This document shows, piece by piece, positions 15,229 through 24,659 of a stretch of 29,263 bases of DNA. Numbering within the stretch: position 1 is the stretch's first letter; each line of letters begins with the position of its first letter. The notes below the pieces were generated by a model. That model had not been told where the DNA came from, did no database searches, and saw nothing but the letters and a program-made list of their open reading frames with translations. The stretch is from PVC group bacterium (GTDB taxonomy: Bacteria > Verrucomicrobiota > Kiritimatiellia > UBA8416), in NCBI GenBank assembly GCA_003567005.1, contig PXBF01000048.1:1-29263 (forward strand), in the 5' to 3' direction. The position numbers were made by a program, and so were the translations under genes.

Positions 15229-17223
15229 ATGTTGGAGTCTGTATTGATGGTTGTGTTTGTTGTGCTGGCATTGGTGATTGCCGGTACAGTGGTATTGTTT
15301 TCCTCATGCTATAAAAAGGTCGAGCAGGGATCAGCGATTGTCCGCAATGGTGTAGGCGGAACAAAGGTTAGCTTTGTGGGTATGATGGTGATTCCGATTC
15401 TCCAGCGCATGGAGTTAATGGATATTTCCGTCAAGCGTATCGAGATCAACCGTTCGTGTTCGGATGGATTGATCTGTCGCGATAATATGCGTGCGGATGT
15501 GAAGGTTGCGTTCTTTGTACGAGTGAACAAAACGCCGCAGGACGTCCTCAAGGTTGCGCAGTCGCTGGGCTGTAATCGGGGATCCGATCCTGGGGCCTTG
15601 GTGGAGTTTTTTGATGCCAAGTTTTCCGAGGCGTTGAAAACGGTTGGTAAGCAGTTCGATTTTGTGGATCTGTATACGAACCGTGAGCAATTCAAGGAAG
15701 AGATCATCAAGGTGATCGGCACGGATTTGAATGGTTACATCTTGGATGATGCAGCCATCGATTATCTGGAGCAAACTCGTCTGGAGCATTTGGATCCGAA
15801 CAACATTCTTGATTCCGAGGGTATCAAGAAAATTGTGGATTTGACGGCGAATCAGGCGGTTCTGGCCAACGATATTTCGCGGAACAAGGAAAAGACGATC
15901 AAGAAGCAAGACGTCGAGGCGCGCGAGGCCATTCTGGAGCTGGAGCGCCAGCAGGTGGACGCCGAGCAGAAGCAGCAACGCGAGATTACGGAAGTGTCGG
16001 CTCGTGAGCAGGCGCAAGGTGCGGTTGTGCAGGAAGAGGAACGTTTGCGTTCCGAGCGCGTTCGGATCGACACGGCACAGGAAATTGCGGTGGCGGAAGA
16101 AAACCGGATGCGGCAGACGATCGTGGCGCAGAAGAACAAGGAGCGTACAGAGGCCGTCGAGATCGAACGAGTCGAGAAGGATCGTGGTTTGGAACGTGTC
16201 GAGCGCGAACGCGTTGTCTCGTTGAGCGAGATTGAGAAAGAAAAGGCACTCGAGACCGAGAAGAAGACCATGCAGGAAGTGTTGCGCGAGCGCGTGACCG
16301 TGGAACGCACGGTCGTGCAGGAAGAAGAGAAGATCAAGGATACGCGCGAGTTTGCCACGGCCGAGCGTGCCCGCGAAGTTGCCATGACCCGCGCCGAAGA
16401 GCAGGGCAAGGCGGGCAAGATCAAGGCGACGCTGGATGCGGAAGCCAGGCGAGATGCGGCGAAGCATCTGGCCGAGGAGCGGATTATCGAGGCACAAGCG
16501 GCGCGTGATGCATCCGAGCGTGAAGCTGATGCCCGCAAGATTCTGGCCGATGCCGAGGCTCAGGAAGCTGCTGTGACCGGTATGGCAGAGGCACGTGTGC
16601 TGGAAGCCAAAGCGCATGCCACGGAGAATTTCGGTAAGGCAGAAGCTGCCGTAATCCGCGAGAAGGCGATTGCCGAGTCCGAAGGCATCGAGAAGAAAGC
16701 CGCAGCCATGAAAGAATTCGATGGTGTGGGACGCGAGCACGAAGAATTCAAGCTGCAGTTGCGTAAGGACCTGGATCTGGAACTGGCAGAAGTGGAGGCC
16801 CGCAAGGATATTGCGCGTGAGCAGGCGATGCTCGTTGGCGAGGCACTCAAATCGGCCAAGATCGATATTGTTGGTGGCGAGGCGACCTTCTTCGAAAAGA
16901 TTGTCAACTCCGTTAGCAATGGTAAATCGGTTGATAGTTTGGTCAAGAGCAGCAATGTATTGACGGATATTTCCAACACGCTGTTTACGGGGGATCCAGA
17001 AGCCTTCACAAACCAGATCAAGACCTTCGCGGGTCGGTTCGGTATTACCAGTGAAGATCTGAAGAACCTGACCGTTTCTGCGCTCTTGGCGCGCATGACG
17101 TCCATGGCAGATGACAAGGATACCCTGGCGGCGCTGGGTCGGTTGTCGGATGCAGCCAAGCAGCTGGATCTCGGCGGGAAGAAGGTGGCATCGCTGATGC
17201 CGCAGCTAACCCAGAAAGGATAA
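15229..17223 (+). CDS. yqiK: Flotillin-like SPFH/band-7 protein (YqiK type) with about 400-aa E/A/R-rich coiled coil
   Basis: N-terminal TM helix, SPFH core (IVRNGVGGTKVSFVGMMVIPILQRMELMDISVKRIEI), a long EA-repeat coiled coil, and a C-terminal flotillin tail. GGAGGTG SD. Confidence 0.85.
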   Translation: MLESVLMVVFVVLALVIAGTVVLFSSCYKKVEQGSAIVRNGVGGTKVSFVGMMVIPILQRMELMDISVKRIEINRSCSDGLICRDNMRADVKVAFFVRVNKTPQDVLKVAQSLGCNRGSDPGALVEFFDAKFSEALKTVGKQFDFVDLYTNREQFKEEIIKVIGTDLNGYILDDAAIDYLEQTRLEHLDPNNILDSEGIKKIVDLTANQAVLANDISRNKEKTIKKQDVEAREAILELERQQVDAEQKQQREITEVSAREQAQGAVVQEEERLRSERVRIDTAQEIAVAEENRMRQTIVAQKNKERTEAVEIERVEKDRGLERVERERVVSLSEIEKEKALETEKKTMQEVLRERVTVERTVVQEEEKIKDTREFATAERAREVAMTRAEEQGKAGKIKATLDAEARRDAAKHLAEERIIEAQAARDASEREADARKILADAEAQEAAVTGMAEARVLEAKAHATENFGKAEAAVIREKAIAESEGIEKKAAAMKEFDGVGREHEEFKLQLRKDLDLELAEVEARKDIAREQAMLVGEALKSAKIDIVGGEATFFEKIVNSVSNGKSVDSLVKSSNVLTDISNTLFTGDPEAFTNQIKTFAGRFGITSEDLKNLTVSALLARMTSMADDKDTLAALGRLSDAAKQLDLGGKKVASLMPQLTQKG

Positions 17224-17439
17224 GTTGCCGGGCGTGTTTGGTGGGATCTATATTTTGCGGCCAGACACGCCCATTCGAATATCCAATGCCCAACAAGGAA
17301 TGTCCAATGTCCAAGGCAAGAGAATATGACGAGAATCGTTTAGTGGATTCTGTCTTGGTAGCCTTTCTCGTTTTCCAAAACTAGGGTGTTTATTAGGGCC
17401 ATGTTGATATGCAAAATGATGAAGTTGTAAGCTGTAGCA

Positions 17440-17600
17440 TCGGTTTTTGAAGTAGGGGTGCCCCAGTCCCTTGGGGCCCCCCCGTGCTTGAAGTGTAGAT
17501 GATTCGCGAAGTAAGTGGAACTGCAGCGCGCTCGGTGGTGCCGGGGTGGGTCAAGGGACTGACCTACCCCTACGACGAGGGTCGGCACAAAATGAAGATA
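17440..17600 (+). ncRNA. Candidate structured RNA / 5-prime leader upstream of the giant AAA+ gene
   Basis: Long-range complementarity: gtaggggt (17452-59) pairs with acccctac (17566-73), and cagtcccttg (17464-73) pairs with caagggactg (17552-61). Together they enclose about 80 nt of GC-rich sequence (ggggcccccccgtgc). The region is non-coding in all frames. Confidence 0.25.
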
Positions 17601-17630
17601 CAGGTTATATAGTAGCAAAAGGTTTGAGCG

Positions 17631-20600
17631 GTGAGTGATAACAAAGTAGACGAGAAAAAGGCAGTTGCTTCGGAGCAGTCGCAGGAGGCGCTGGAGGGCG
17701 GCTCGTACGAAATTATTCAGCGCCGGTTGCAGCAGCAGGCTGTGGCTTTGGAAGAGCGCCTGGATAAACTGAATGCCGCTCGCCGAGATGTATTCGGTGC
17801 CGTTGAAACCCGCTTGGTCGGAACGGAACGTATTTTAACGGGAAATAACTGTACCCCACGTGATATGGTTTCCATAGGGGATCGGATTCTCTTTGGCTAC
17901 AATGTCCAGTTGGGGTTGCGCAAGGACATGACGCTGGCCGATGTTTTCGGCGTGTATGTGAAAGAAAAATCCGGTTTCGTAGAACAGGGGCTGGACTTGA
18001 TTGCGGACGAGGGGTTCGAACGCGATTTTGCCGAGCTTTATCGCTACTACAAGAATACCACCTTCGTGAAATTTGCTGAACAGGGACCGAGTTTGTTCAT
18101 GGTTTTCCGGGTGGGGCGCGGTGTTTCCGATATCAAGACCTTCAAGTGGCTTGTGCGAGATGATGGTTCGCTCCGATATGTGGATAACCGTAGCGAGCAT
18201 GAGTATCGTTACCCTCCGCAGCATGAATTTGAATGGACCAAAGCGGACCGTGACATGCATCGTTCGGGGACATTCCCGCATATATCCATAGACGATCGTA
18301 TTTTCGTGGAAACGTCAAATGGCACGCTGACCATCAAGGTGGAGGACAACACATCCACAGGCGAAGGGATTTACGCGGAACCGGTTGATGACTCGGACCA
18401 GACACTGGATGATGCCGAAATCTATTTTGCATTGGTGGGGCATCTGATTTTATTGCGCATTAAACCGTATCGTGAGGATACGTTCCGGCATATTGTATTC
18501 AGCGAAAAAGTGCAGCGTGCGAGTCGCGTGGATGCGATTGAGGGTGCTTGCGTTTTGCTTCCGGAAGATCATGGCATTATTTTCTCGAATGGCTATTTCC
18601 TGCAGACGGGCGAATATAAACAGTTTGACAGCGTTCTTACGGATATGTTGTTCGATCATCGGATTGTATCGCCCAATGGTGAAGATTACCTGTACGTTTT
18701 CTACAACCGTGAATCCGGTGTGTACGTGTTGTTGTCGTATAATATTATCGAACAGCGTGTGGACACACCGATTGAATGCCATGGTTACAGCCTTTTTGCG
18801 GATGGCCGGTTGATCTACTTCAAGGCACAGGAGGAACCCACAAAGTCACATGTTGTGCAGATCTGGCAAACCGCCTATGCGTCCGAGGTTGAGTCGGTTG
18901 CCGGACGTCAGGATAGCATGCTTTTCAAAGTAGGGAATCGCGATATCGTGCGTTGCATGGCAGGATGCCGCACGCTATTGGGGCTCCTGCGGCGTGAGGA
19001 TTCCTACGCGAATCTGTATTTGGACATTATGCGACAGTCTACCGACCTGCTGGATAGTTACTTCTGGATCAAGGAAGAGGAAGCTTTTGATCCCGGCTCT
19101 GTGTTGACGGAAATCAAGGCTACGGCCTCGGCCGCGATTGATGAGTTTGAGCGCGTGCAGCAATTGCGCAACACGGCGGCCCGCCAGTTGGAGGAGCAGG
19201 AGTCGGCTACGAAGGCGCTTCTGAACAAGCTGCGCCAGTTGCGACATGAGGATATCCAGTCGCATGTTAACGCGTTGGCATCGTTACGAGAGCTCACTGG
19301 CAAAGTGATTGGGCTGCGCGATGTGCGCTACATGGATCTTGCGCGTGTGGAGGCACTCGAGAAAAACATAAAAGAGTGGCAGGAGCGTCAGGCCCGGCAG
19401 TGTGTGGAATTCCTGCTGCAGGATGATGCGATGTCGCCCTACAGCGCTCGCATCGAAGCCATGGAAGCCCGCGTGGCGGACTTGGACAAGGTCAGTGAGG
19501 CCGAAGAGCTGCGCAAAGAGGCTGAGGCGGCTGGCAGTGAGCTGGAAATGCTGATCGAGACGGTCACGAACCTGAAGATCGATGATGCCACGCAACGAAC
19601 GGCAATTATTGAAAGTATATCCAGTCTGTTTGCCGGTCTAAACCGTCTGCGCGCGGCGTTGCAAAACAAGCGTAAGCAGCTTGGCGCATCCGAAGGTGCG
19701 GCTGAGTTTGCCTCGCAGTTGAAGCTTCTGGATCAAGCGGTTGTCAATTATCTGGATGTTTGTGATACGCCTGCGAAATGCGAGGACTATCTGAGCCGTA
19801 TCATGGTGCAGATCGAGGAGTTGGAAGGGCGGTTTGCCGAGTTTGATGAATATATTTCCAAGCTTACCGACCAACGTGAAACGGTTTATAATGCTTTCGA
19901 GGCGCGTCGCCTTTCGCTTGTGGAAGCGCGTAACAAGCGTGCTGATACACTGCAGAGCAGTGCTACACGGATTCTAAACAGTATCCGGTCGCGTGTGGCC
20001 ACGATGAAGACGGTCGACCAAATCCACGGATATTTTGCGTCTGACATGATGATTGAGCGCTTGCGCGGCATTGTTTCGCAGCTTATAGAGCTCGAAGATC
20101 CTGTTAAGGCTGACGATATCCAGACGAAGCTTAAGAGTTTGCGCGAAGATGCGGTACGTCAATTACATGACCGACAAGAGCTTTTTGTCGGTGACGAGAA
20201 TGTGATCCAGTTCGGTCGTCACCAGTTCTCGGTTAACACACAAGCGCTTGACCTGACTATCGTTCCGCGTGGCGACACGATGATGCTGCATCTGACGGGG
20301 ACGAATTTCTTCGAGGCGGTTACCGATCCTGAATTTCTGGCAACGAAAGATGCCTGGGAGCAAGAACTGGTATCCGAAACGCCGGATGTATACCGGGCCG
20401 AATATCTGGCCTATTTGATGTTGAGCGAGGCTGAGAAGCAGGCTGGGGATGCGGGCGCCGGTGCGCTTGCGGATTTATCCCCGGAAGCATGGCTGGAGAA
20501 AGTGCGTATCTTCATGGCACCACGTTATGCGGAAGGCTATCAGAAGGGCATCCACGATGAGGATGGCGCATTGCTGCTGCAAGCACTTTGGGAGATTCGA

Positions 20601-22907
20601 TCGGCGATTGGCCCCTTGCGGTATCCGGGGCGTGCGCGTGCGTTAGCCTTGGTCTTCTGGAAATGGTTTGCTGGTGCGGATGATTACGATGCCATGCTTG
20701 CGCGCTTGGAAGGATTCGGGGAAAGTAACCGACTCTTTCGTGGCAATCGACGATACCAGGCCTTGATCGAGGATTTGCGCGCCTTGATTGCCGACTTCGC
20801 CGTTGACTCGAAAAACTTTGACGCGGCCTTTGCGGGAGAAGCGGCCGAATATCTTTTTGAAATCATATCAGATGGTTCAGGGCATCCGGCGAGTGCAGAG
20901 GCAGCCCGTTTATGCAAAGCATTTGAAGGGCACTTGAAAAAACTGGCGGGGGCGGAAGCGTTTACGGATGCCCGTGCGCGGTTGTCGGACAATGCTTGCG
21001 CAGAATATTCGATGGTGTACGAATGGTTGCGGGCATTTGTGGAAAGTACCGAGGCGGAGGCACCGGGCGACTCCCTGATGGAATCGGCCGCTTTGCTCTC
21101 CACCCATACATTTGATCCGGCCCTGGCTTCGAATGTGAAGTCATTCCGGGTGATCAAAGGGTTGCGAGGTAGCCATCCAAGAATCACGGATGGCGTCCTG
21201 GAACTTGACTATAGTGCGTACATAACGCGTATGAAACATTTTGTGGAGAATGTGGTTCCACGTTTCCTGCAATGTGCTGCGCTGAAAAAGAGCCTATTGG
21301 CCCGCTCACGTGAGGAGATGCGGCTGGATGAGTTCAAACCGCATGTGATGACATCATTTGTGCGGAATCAATTGATTGATCGCGTCTATCTGCCATTATG
21401 CGGCGATAATCTGGCCAAGCAAATCGGTACGGTGGGATCCTCCAACCGTACGGATCGCTCCGGTATGCTGATGCTCATTTCGCCGCCGGGTTACGGTAAG
21501 ACAACGCTTATGGAATACATTTGCAACCGCCTTGGCTTGGTGTTTATGAAAATTAACGGCCCAGCCATCGGGCACTTGGTGACATCCCTTGATCCGGCCG
21601 AGGCACCCAATGCTGCCGCACGCGAGGAGCTGCACAAGCTCGGGCTGGCGCTTGAAATGGGGGATAACGTGATGCTGTATGTGGATGATATTCAGCATTG
21701 CAACCCGGAATTCTTGCAGAAGTTTATTTCGCTGAGTGATGCGCAGCGCAAGGTTGAAGGCGTCTACAAGGGGCGTACGCGGACATATGATCTACGTGGC
21801 AAGAAGGTGGCCGTGGTGATGGCGGGCAACCCCTATACTGAGAGTGGTGAGAAGTTTCGGATTCCCGACATGTTGGCCAACCGTGCCGACATTTACAATC
21901 TGGGTGATATTCTCGGGGATCATATCGAACCTTTCAAGTTAAGCTTCCTGGAAAATGCGCTGACATCGAACCCGGTGCTGCACAAGTTGGCGGCGGGTCA
22001 CCGCAAGGATATTTATTCTGTGATTCGGATGGCGGAAAGCGGTTCTTCGGACGGTATCGAATTAGAAGGCAGTTATGGGAAGGAAGAGTTGTCCGAGATC
22101 CTTTCCGTGATGAAGAAGATGTTACGGGTACGGGATGTCGTGCTCCGCGTAAACGAGGAATACATATACTCGGCTGGGCAGCAAGATGAATTCCGTACCG
22201 AGCCTGCTTTTCGGTTGCAGGGTTCCTATCGAAACATGAACCGTATGGCAGCCAAGGTAGAAGCCGTGATGAATGATCGCGAGCTTGAGACGATGATTTA
22301 TTCCGAGTACGAGAACGAGGCTCAGACGCTGACAACGGGTGCCGAGGCCAATCTGCTCAAGTTCAAGGAGATTCTCGGGCTGTTAAAAGAGGATGAAGCT
22401 GCACGCTGGGAAGAGATCAAGCGGACGTATGCACGCCATCAGATGTTGCGCGGAGCCAAGGAGGGCGATCCAGCCAGCATGGCAGTGGCACAGCTTGCCG
22501 GTGTCGGGCAAGGATTGACGGATATCCGCGACTTGATCAAAGAGGGGATCCATGTCGAAAAGCCGTCTGCGGTGCAGACGGGACTGACCGAAGAGACGCT
22601 TGCGCGTATCGAGAAAATGCTGGCTAGCAAGAAGCCCTCGGCTCCGGCAGGCAAGTTGGTTGCCGAGACACGGCTGGCAGCCGACACCTGGGAGAAGCTT
22701 TCTAGCGTTCTCCGAGATACGCAACGGACGAATCATCTTGAAGCCCGGTGCCGTTCACTCGAGGCGATTTGCAAGAAGTGGCGTGAGGAGTTCCTACTGC
22801 CCTTGCATAAACAGTGCAACAACGAGTCCATGGAGAATGCGATCACCGTTCAGCATCTGGAAAGTATCTTGGCCGAAATCGACACGTTTCTCGATCTAGG
22901 CAAGTAA
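17631..22907 (+). CDS. Giant (1758 aa) multidomain protein: N-terminal globular region, long central coiled coil, C-terminal AAA+ ATPase of MoxR/AAA_5 (dynein-related) type
   Basis: GTG start, with an in-frame TGA just upstream. Walker A LISPPGYGKTTL, Walker B VMLYVDDIQHCNPEF, sensor VVMAGNPYTESGEKF. Residues about 470-1000 are heptad/coiled-coil rich. Confidence 0.8.
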   Translation: MSDNKVDEKKAVASEQSQEALEGGSYEIIQRRLQQQAVALEERLDKLNAARRDVFGAVETRLVGTERILTGNNCTPRDMVSIGDRILFGYNVQLGLRKDMTLADVFGVYVKEKSGFVEQGLDLIADEGFERDFAELYRYYKNTTFVKFAEQGPSLFMVFRVGRGVSDIKTFKWLVRDDGSLRYVDNRSEHEYRYPPQHEFEWTKADRDMHRSGTFPHISIDDRIFVETSNGTLTIKVEDNTSTGEGIYAEPVDDSDQTLDDAEIYFALVGHLILLRIKPYREDTFRHIVFSEKVQRASRVDAIEGACVLLPEDHGIIFSNGYFLQTGEYKQFDSVLTDMLFDHRIVSPNGEDYLYVFYNRESGVYVLLSYNIIEQRVDTPIECHGYSLFADGRLIYFKAQEEPTKSHVVQIWQTAYASEVESVAGRQDSMLFKVGNRDIVRCMAGCRTLLGLLRREDSYANLYLDIMRQSTDLLDSYFWIKEEEAFDPGSVLTEIKATASAAIDEFERVQQLRNTAARQLEEQESATKALLNKLRQLRHEDIQSHVNALASLRELTGKVIGLRDVRYMDLARVEALEKNIKEWQERQARQCVEFLLQDDAMSPYSARIEAMEARVADLDKVSEAEELRKEAEAAGSELEMLIETVTNLKIDDATQRTAIIESISSLFAGLNRLRAALQNKRKQLGASEGAAEFASQLKLLDQAVVNYLDVCDTPAKCEDYLSRIMVQIEELEGRFAEFDEYISKLTDQRETVYNAFEARRLSLVEARNKRADTLQSSATRILNSIRSRVATMKTVDQIHGYFASDMMIERLRGIVSQLIELEDPVKADDIQTKLKSLREDAVRQLHDRQELFVGDENVIQFGRHQFSVNTQALDLTIVPRGDTMMLHLTGTNFFEAVTDPEFLATKDAWEQELVSETPDVYRAEYLAYLMLSEAEKQAGDAGAGALADLSPEAWLEKVRIFMAPRYAEGYQKGIHDEDGALLLQALWEIRSAIGPLRYPGRARALALVFWKWFAGADDYDAMLARLEGFGESNRLFRGNRRYQALIEDLRALIADFAVDSKNFDAAFAGEAAEYLFEIISDGSGHPASAEAARLCKAFEGHLKKLAGAEAFTDARARLSDNACAEYSMVYEWLRAFVESTEAEAPGDSLMESAALLSTHTFDPALASNVKSFRVIKGLRGSHPRITDGVLELDYSAYITRMKHFVENVVPRFLQCAALKKSLLARSREEMRLDEFKPHVMTSFVRNQLIDRVYLPLCGDNLAKQIGTVGSSNRTDRSGMLMLISPPGYGKTTLMEYICNRLGLVFMKINGPAIGHLVTSLDPAEAPNAAAREELHKLGLALEMGDNVMLYVDDIQHCNPEFLQKFISLSDAQRKVEGVYKGRTRTYDLRGKKVAVVMAGNPYTESGEKFRIPDMLANRADIYNLGDILGDHIEPFKLSFLENALTSNPVLHKLAAGHRKDIYSVIRMAESGSSDGIELEGSYGKEELSEILSVMKKMLRVRDVVLRVNEEYIYSAGQQDEFRTEPAFRLQGSYRNMNRMAAKVEAVMNDRELETMIYSEYENEAQTLTTGAEANLLKFKEILGLLKEDEAARWEEIKRTYARHQMLRGAKEGDPASMAVAQLAGVGQGLTDIRDLIKEGIHVEKPSAVQTGLTEETLARIEKMLASKKPSAPAGKLVAETRLAADTWEKLSSVLRDTQRTNHLEARCRSLEAICKKWREEFLLPLHKQCNNESMENAITVQHLESILAEIDTFLDLGK

Positions 22908-22957
22908 TACCAAAGCGCCTCGTCATATATTCTGTAACCATAGGGTGGTCTACGGTT

Positions 22958-23731
22958 TTACTGTTCGCGGATGCGGTAGAAGCCGATGGGGTCCAGTACG
23001 GGGATTTCGCCTTTGCGTCCGTCGTCGGTGATCCGCATGGGGACGATGATTGGTTGGAATGGTTCGTGCATCAGGTCCCGGGTGTACTCCACGACATATC
23101 CGACTCCTGGTTCGCTATTCCAGGTTAAGGAGAATCTTGCGGGGTCGGCTGGGTCGCGCGCAAGTCGACTGACAATAGTGGGAGGGGATTCGGGATCGCG
23201 CGGGGTATAGGTTCCCGCAGTACCTGCTCCTGTTTCAAGGTCGGTCTGACTATAGGTTGCATCTTCCGCGTCAGGAGGTTCATAAATATAAGTCACGGCT
23301 TCAAATGCAATCGTCCATTCTTCTATAGCTTCTGATGAGCTACCGATCGAGCCTCGGCTCTCATGGTCAACCAGTCTGGCAGACTCCAGAATGATATGGA
23401 TCGCGTTGGTTTCCGCTGCGTCATTGTTGCGTTCGCCGGAGAAAGCTAATTCGATACGCCCGAATTGGGTTCCCGTGGAAAGGTCCTGTATCAGCAATGG
23501 CGTTGCTTTGTCCAAGTTTCGCTGAACCTTAATATGTGCCACTGCATTTGTCGTTTGCCCGGGAAGAAGGGAAAGTTCATGTAGAGCGCTCCAGCCGTTA
23601 TCATCCGGTGGTGTGTTGGCAAAGCCTGGGCGGGCGGGGTCGAAGCGTATCCAGGCCCTCTCGGCATAACCCGTTTGTATGGTAACTGCTGTCACCACAC
23701 ATGCTGTTACGATTAGTAGGCAACGTTTCAT
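22958..23731 (-). CDS. Secreted Hcp-like domain protein with C-terminal extension
   Basis: Signal peptide MKRCLLIVTACVVTAVTIQTGYA. Hcp-like core HIKVQRNLDKATPLLIQDLSTGTQFGRIELAF. ATGA coupling to the upstream Hcp-like gene. Confidence 0.5.
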   Translation of the reverse strand: MKRCLLIVTACVVTAVTIQTGYAERAWIRFDPARPGFANTPPDDNGWSALHELSLLPGQTTNAVAHIKVQRNLDKATPLLIQDLSTGTQFGRIELAFSGERNNDAAETNAIHIILESARLVDHESRGSIGSSSEAIEEWTIAFEAVTYIYEPPDAEDATYSQTDLETGAGTAGTYTPRDPESPPTIVSRLARDPADPARFSLTWNSEPGVGYVVEYTRDLMHEPFQPIIVPMRITDDGRKGEIPVLDPIGFYRIREQ

Positions 23732-24372
23732 TCGTCTGCACTTGGAGGTGTGTTCAGTATTTCAACACTGACATCAGCGTCAGATCCCAATCCCAGATGC
23801 CGTCCATCTTCGCCACGCGGCGAGTAGACGACTTCCACTTTCCCGAAAGACAAGGATAGCGTCTCGCTGGGTGTGTCACCATGTTCGGGAACGCCGTCGC
23901 CGTCGTCATCAGGGTCGCGGTAGTCCGGGCCCCAGTTGTATTCGTAGCCAACAACATGCACGCCCTCACTGAGCCTGATCTCCTTAAAAGGCACTGTTAC
24001 GGCAGCATCACCTTCCCCATATGTTTTGCGGATGATAAGGCGGACAGGTTCGTCAGGGGTATCCAGCGGCTCATCGGTAAAAGCTGCGCGGAATAGTTTT
24101 GGGGAGGCTTTATCGTAGGCTTTGCGAAAAACAAAAGGCCTCACCACTCTATTCTCATGCCCGTCTGGGGCTTGACCACCGTGGCGGCCAGGGTTGGAGG
24201 CGCCCCACGACCATGAATAAATTTCAATTTCGTCTTCATGAGCGGGCTCACGCGACTCTCCTTCGACACCTTCAATCTTCAGAAAAGCATCCAAGGCGGC
24301 ATGCGTTGGGGCTGGGGTTAACACAAACAAGAGGGCGAACAACACGACGTAGGTTAATGTATGTGTTTTCAT
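23728..24372 (-). CDS. Secreted Hcp1-family protein (T6SS tube protein fold) outside any T6SS locus
   Basis: Signal peptide followed by DAFLKIEGVEGESREPAHEDEIEIYSWSWGASNPG...FRKAYDKASPKLFRAAFTDEPL, which matches the Hcp1 signature (FLKIDGIKGES...KDEIEVLSFSWG...DKASPKL). Confidence 0.65.
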   Translation of the reverse strand: MKTHTLTYVVLFALLFVLTPAPTHAALDAFLKIEGVEGESREPAHEDEIEIYSWSWGASNPGRHGGQAPDGHENRVVRPFVFRKAYDKASPKLFRAAFTDEPLDTPDEPVRLIIRKTYGEGDAAVTVPFKEIRLSEGVHVVGYEYNWGPDYRDPDDDGDGVPEHGDTPSETLSLSFGKVEVVYSPRGEDGRHLGLGSDADVSVEILNTPPSADE

Positions 24373-24566
24373 AATGTTTTATTATGCAAACAAAATAATC
24401 GTGATGCAAGTTTATTATTTGTAAAAAATCATTTTTTCAAAAATACGCGTTTTTGGGGGTTGACATATTGTATAGCGGGCGTTTATGGTTCCACGCGCTT
24501 TGTAAAACCTACCTACTAGGTGAATAAATGTTGAATGATCACACAATGAGAAAGGAGGTTACCACG

Positions 24567-24659
24567 ATGGATCTCGATCCTGATCCTCTAGGTTGTATTC
24601 TCTTTTCTCATATCGTAACCCAACCGGTGCGAGTGCTTGTGTGGTCTTCTCCCGCATGA
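24567..24659 (+). CDS. Candidate leader peptide uORF (MDLDPDPLGCILFSHIVTQPVRVLVWSSPA) in the mgtC 5-prime leader
   Basis: Strong SD AAGGAGG 7 nt upstream of the ATG at 24567. 30 codons. Pro and Asp codons are alternated at the N-terminus. The uORF is followed by about 130 nt before mgtC. Confidence 0.3.
   Translation: MDLDPDPLGCILFSHIVTQPVRVLVWSSPA

Noticed and set aside
15415-17159. Long minus-strand ORFs (441 aa, 228 aa, 199 aa) inside the flotillin gene
   Set aside because: They are antisense to the E/A/R-rich coiled-coil repeat region, which is low-complexity Ser/Arg/Leu/Ala-rich translation. The flotillin reading frame is the supported one.
18450-21187. Multiple 60-170-aa ORFs on both strands within the giant AAA+ gene
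   Set aside because: They are embedded in a continuous 1758-codon frame carrying Walker motifs. They are alternative-frame artefacts.
22908-22957. Bidirectional terminator between the convergent giant gene and the Hcp-like gene (aaccatagggtggtctacggtt)
   Set aside because: The stem is imperfect (one mismatch in 8 bp) and lacks a clear U-tract on either strand. Too weak to call.
22958-24372. Type VI secretion system locus
   Set aside because: Only Hcp-like proteins are present, and both carry Sec signal peptides. No TssB/C, VgrG, ClpV or baseplate genes are in the window.
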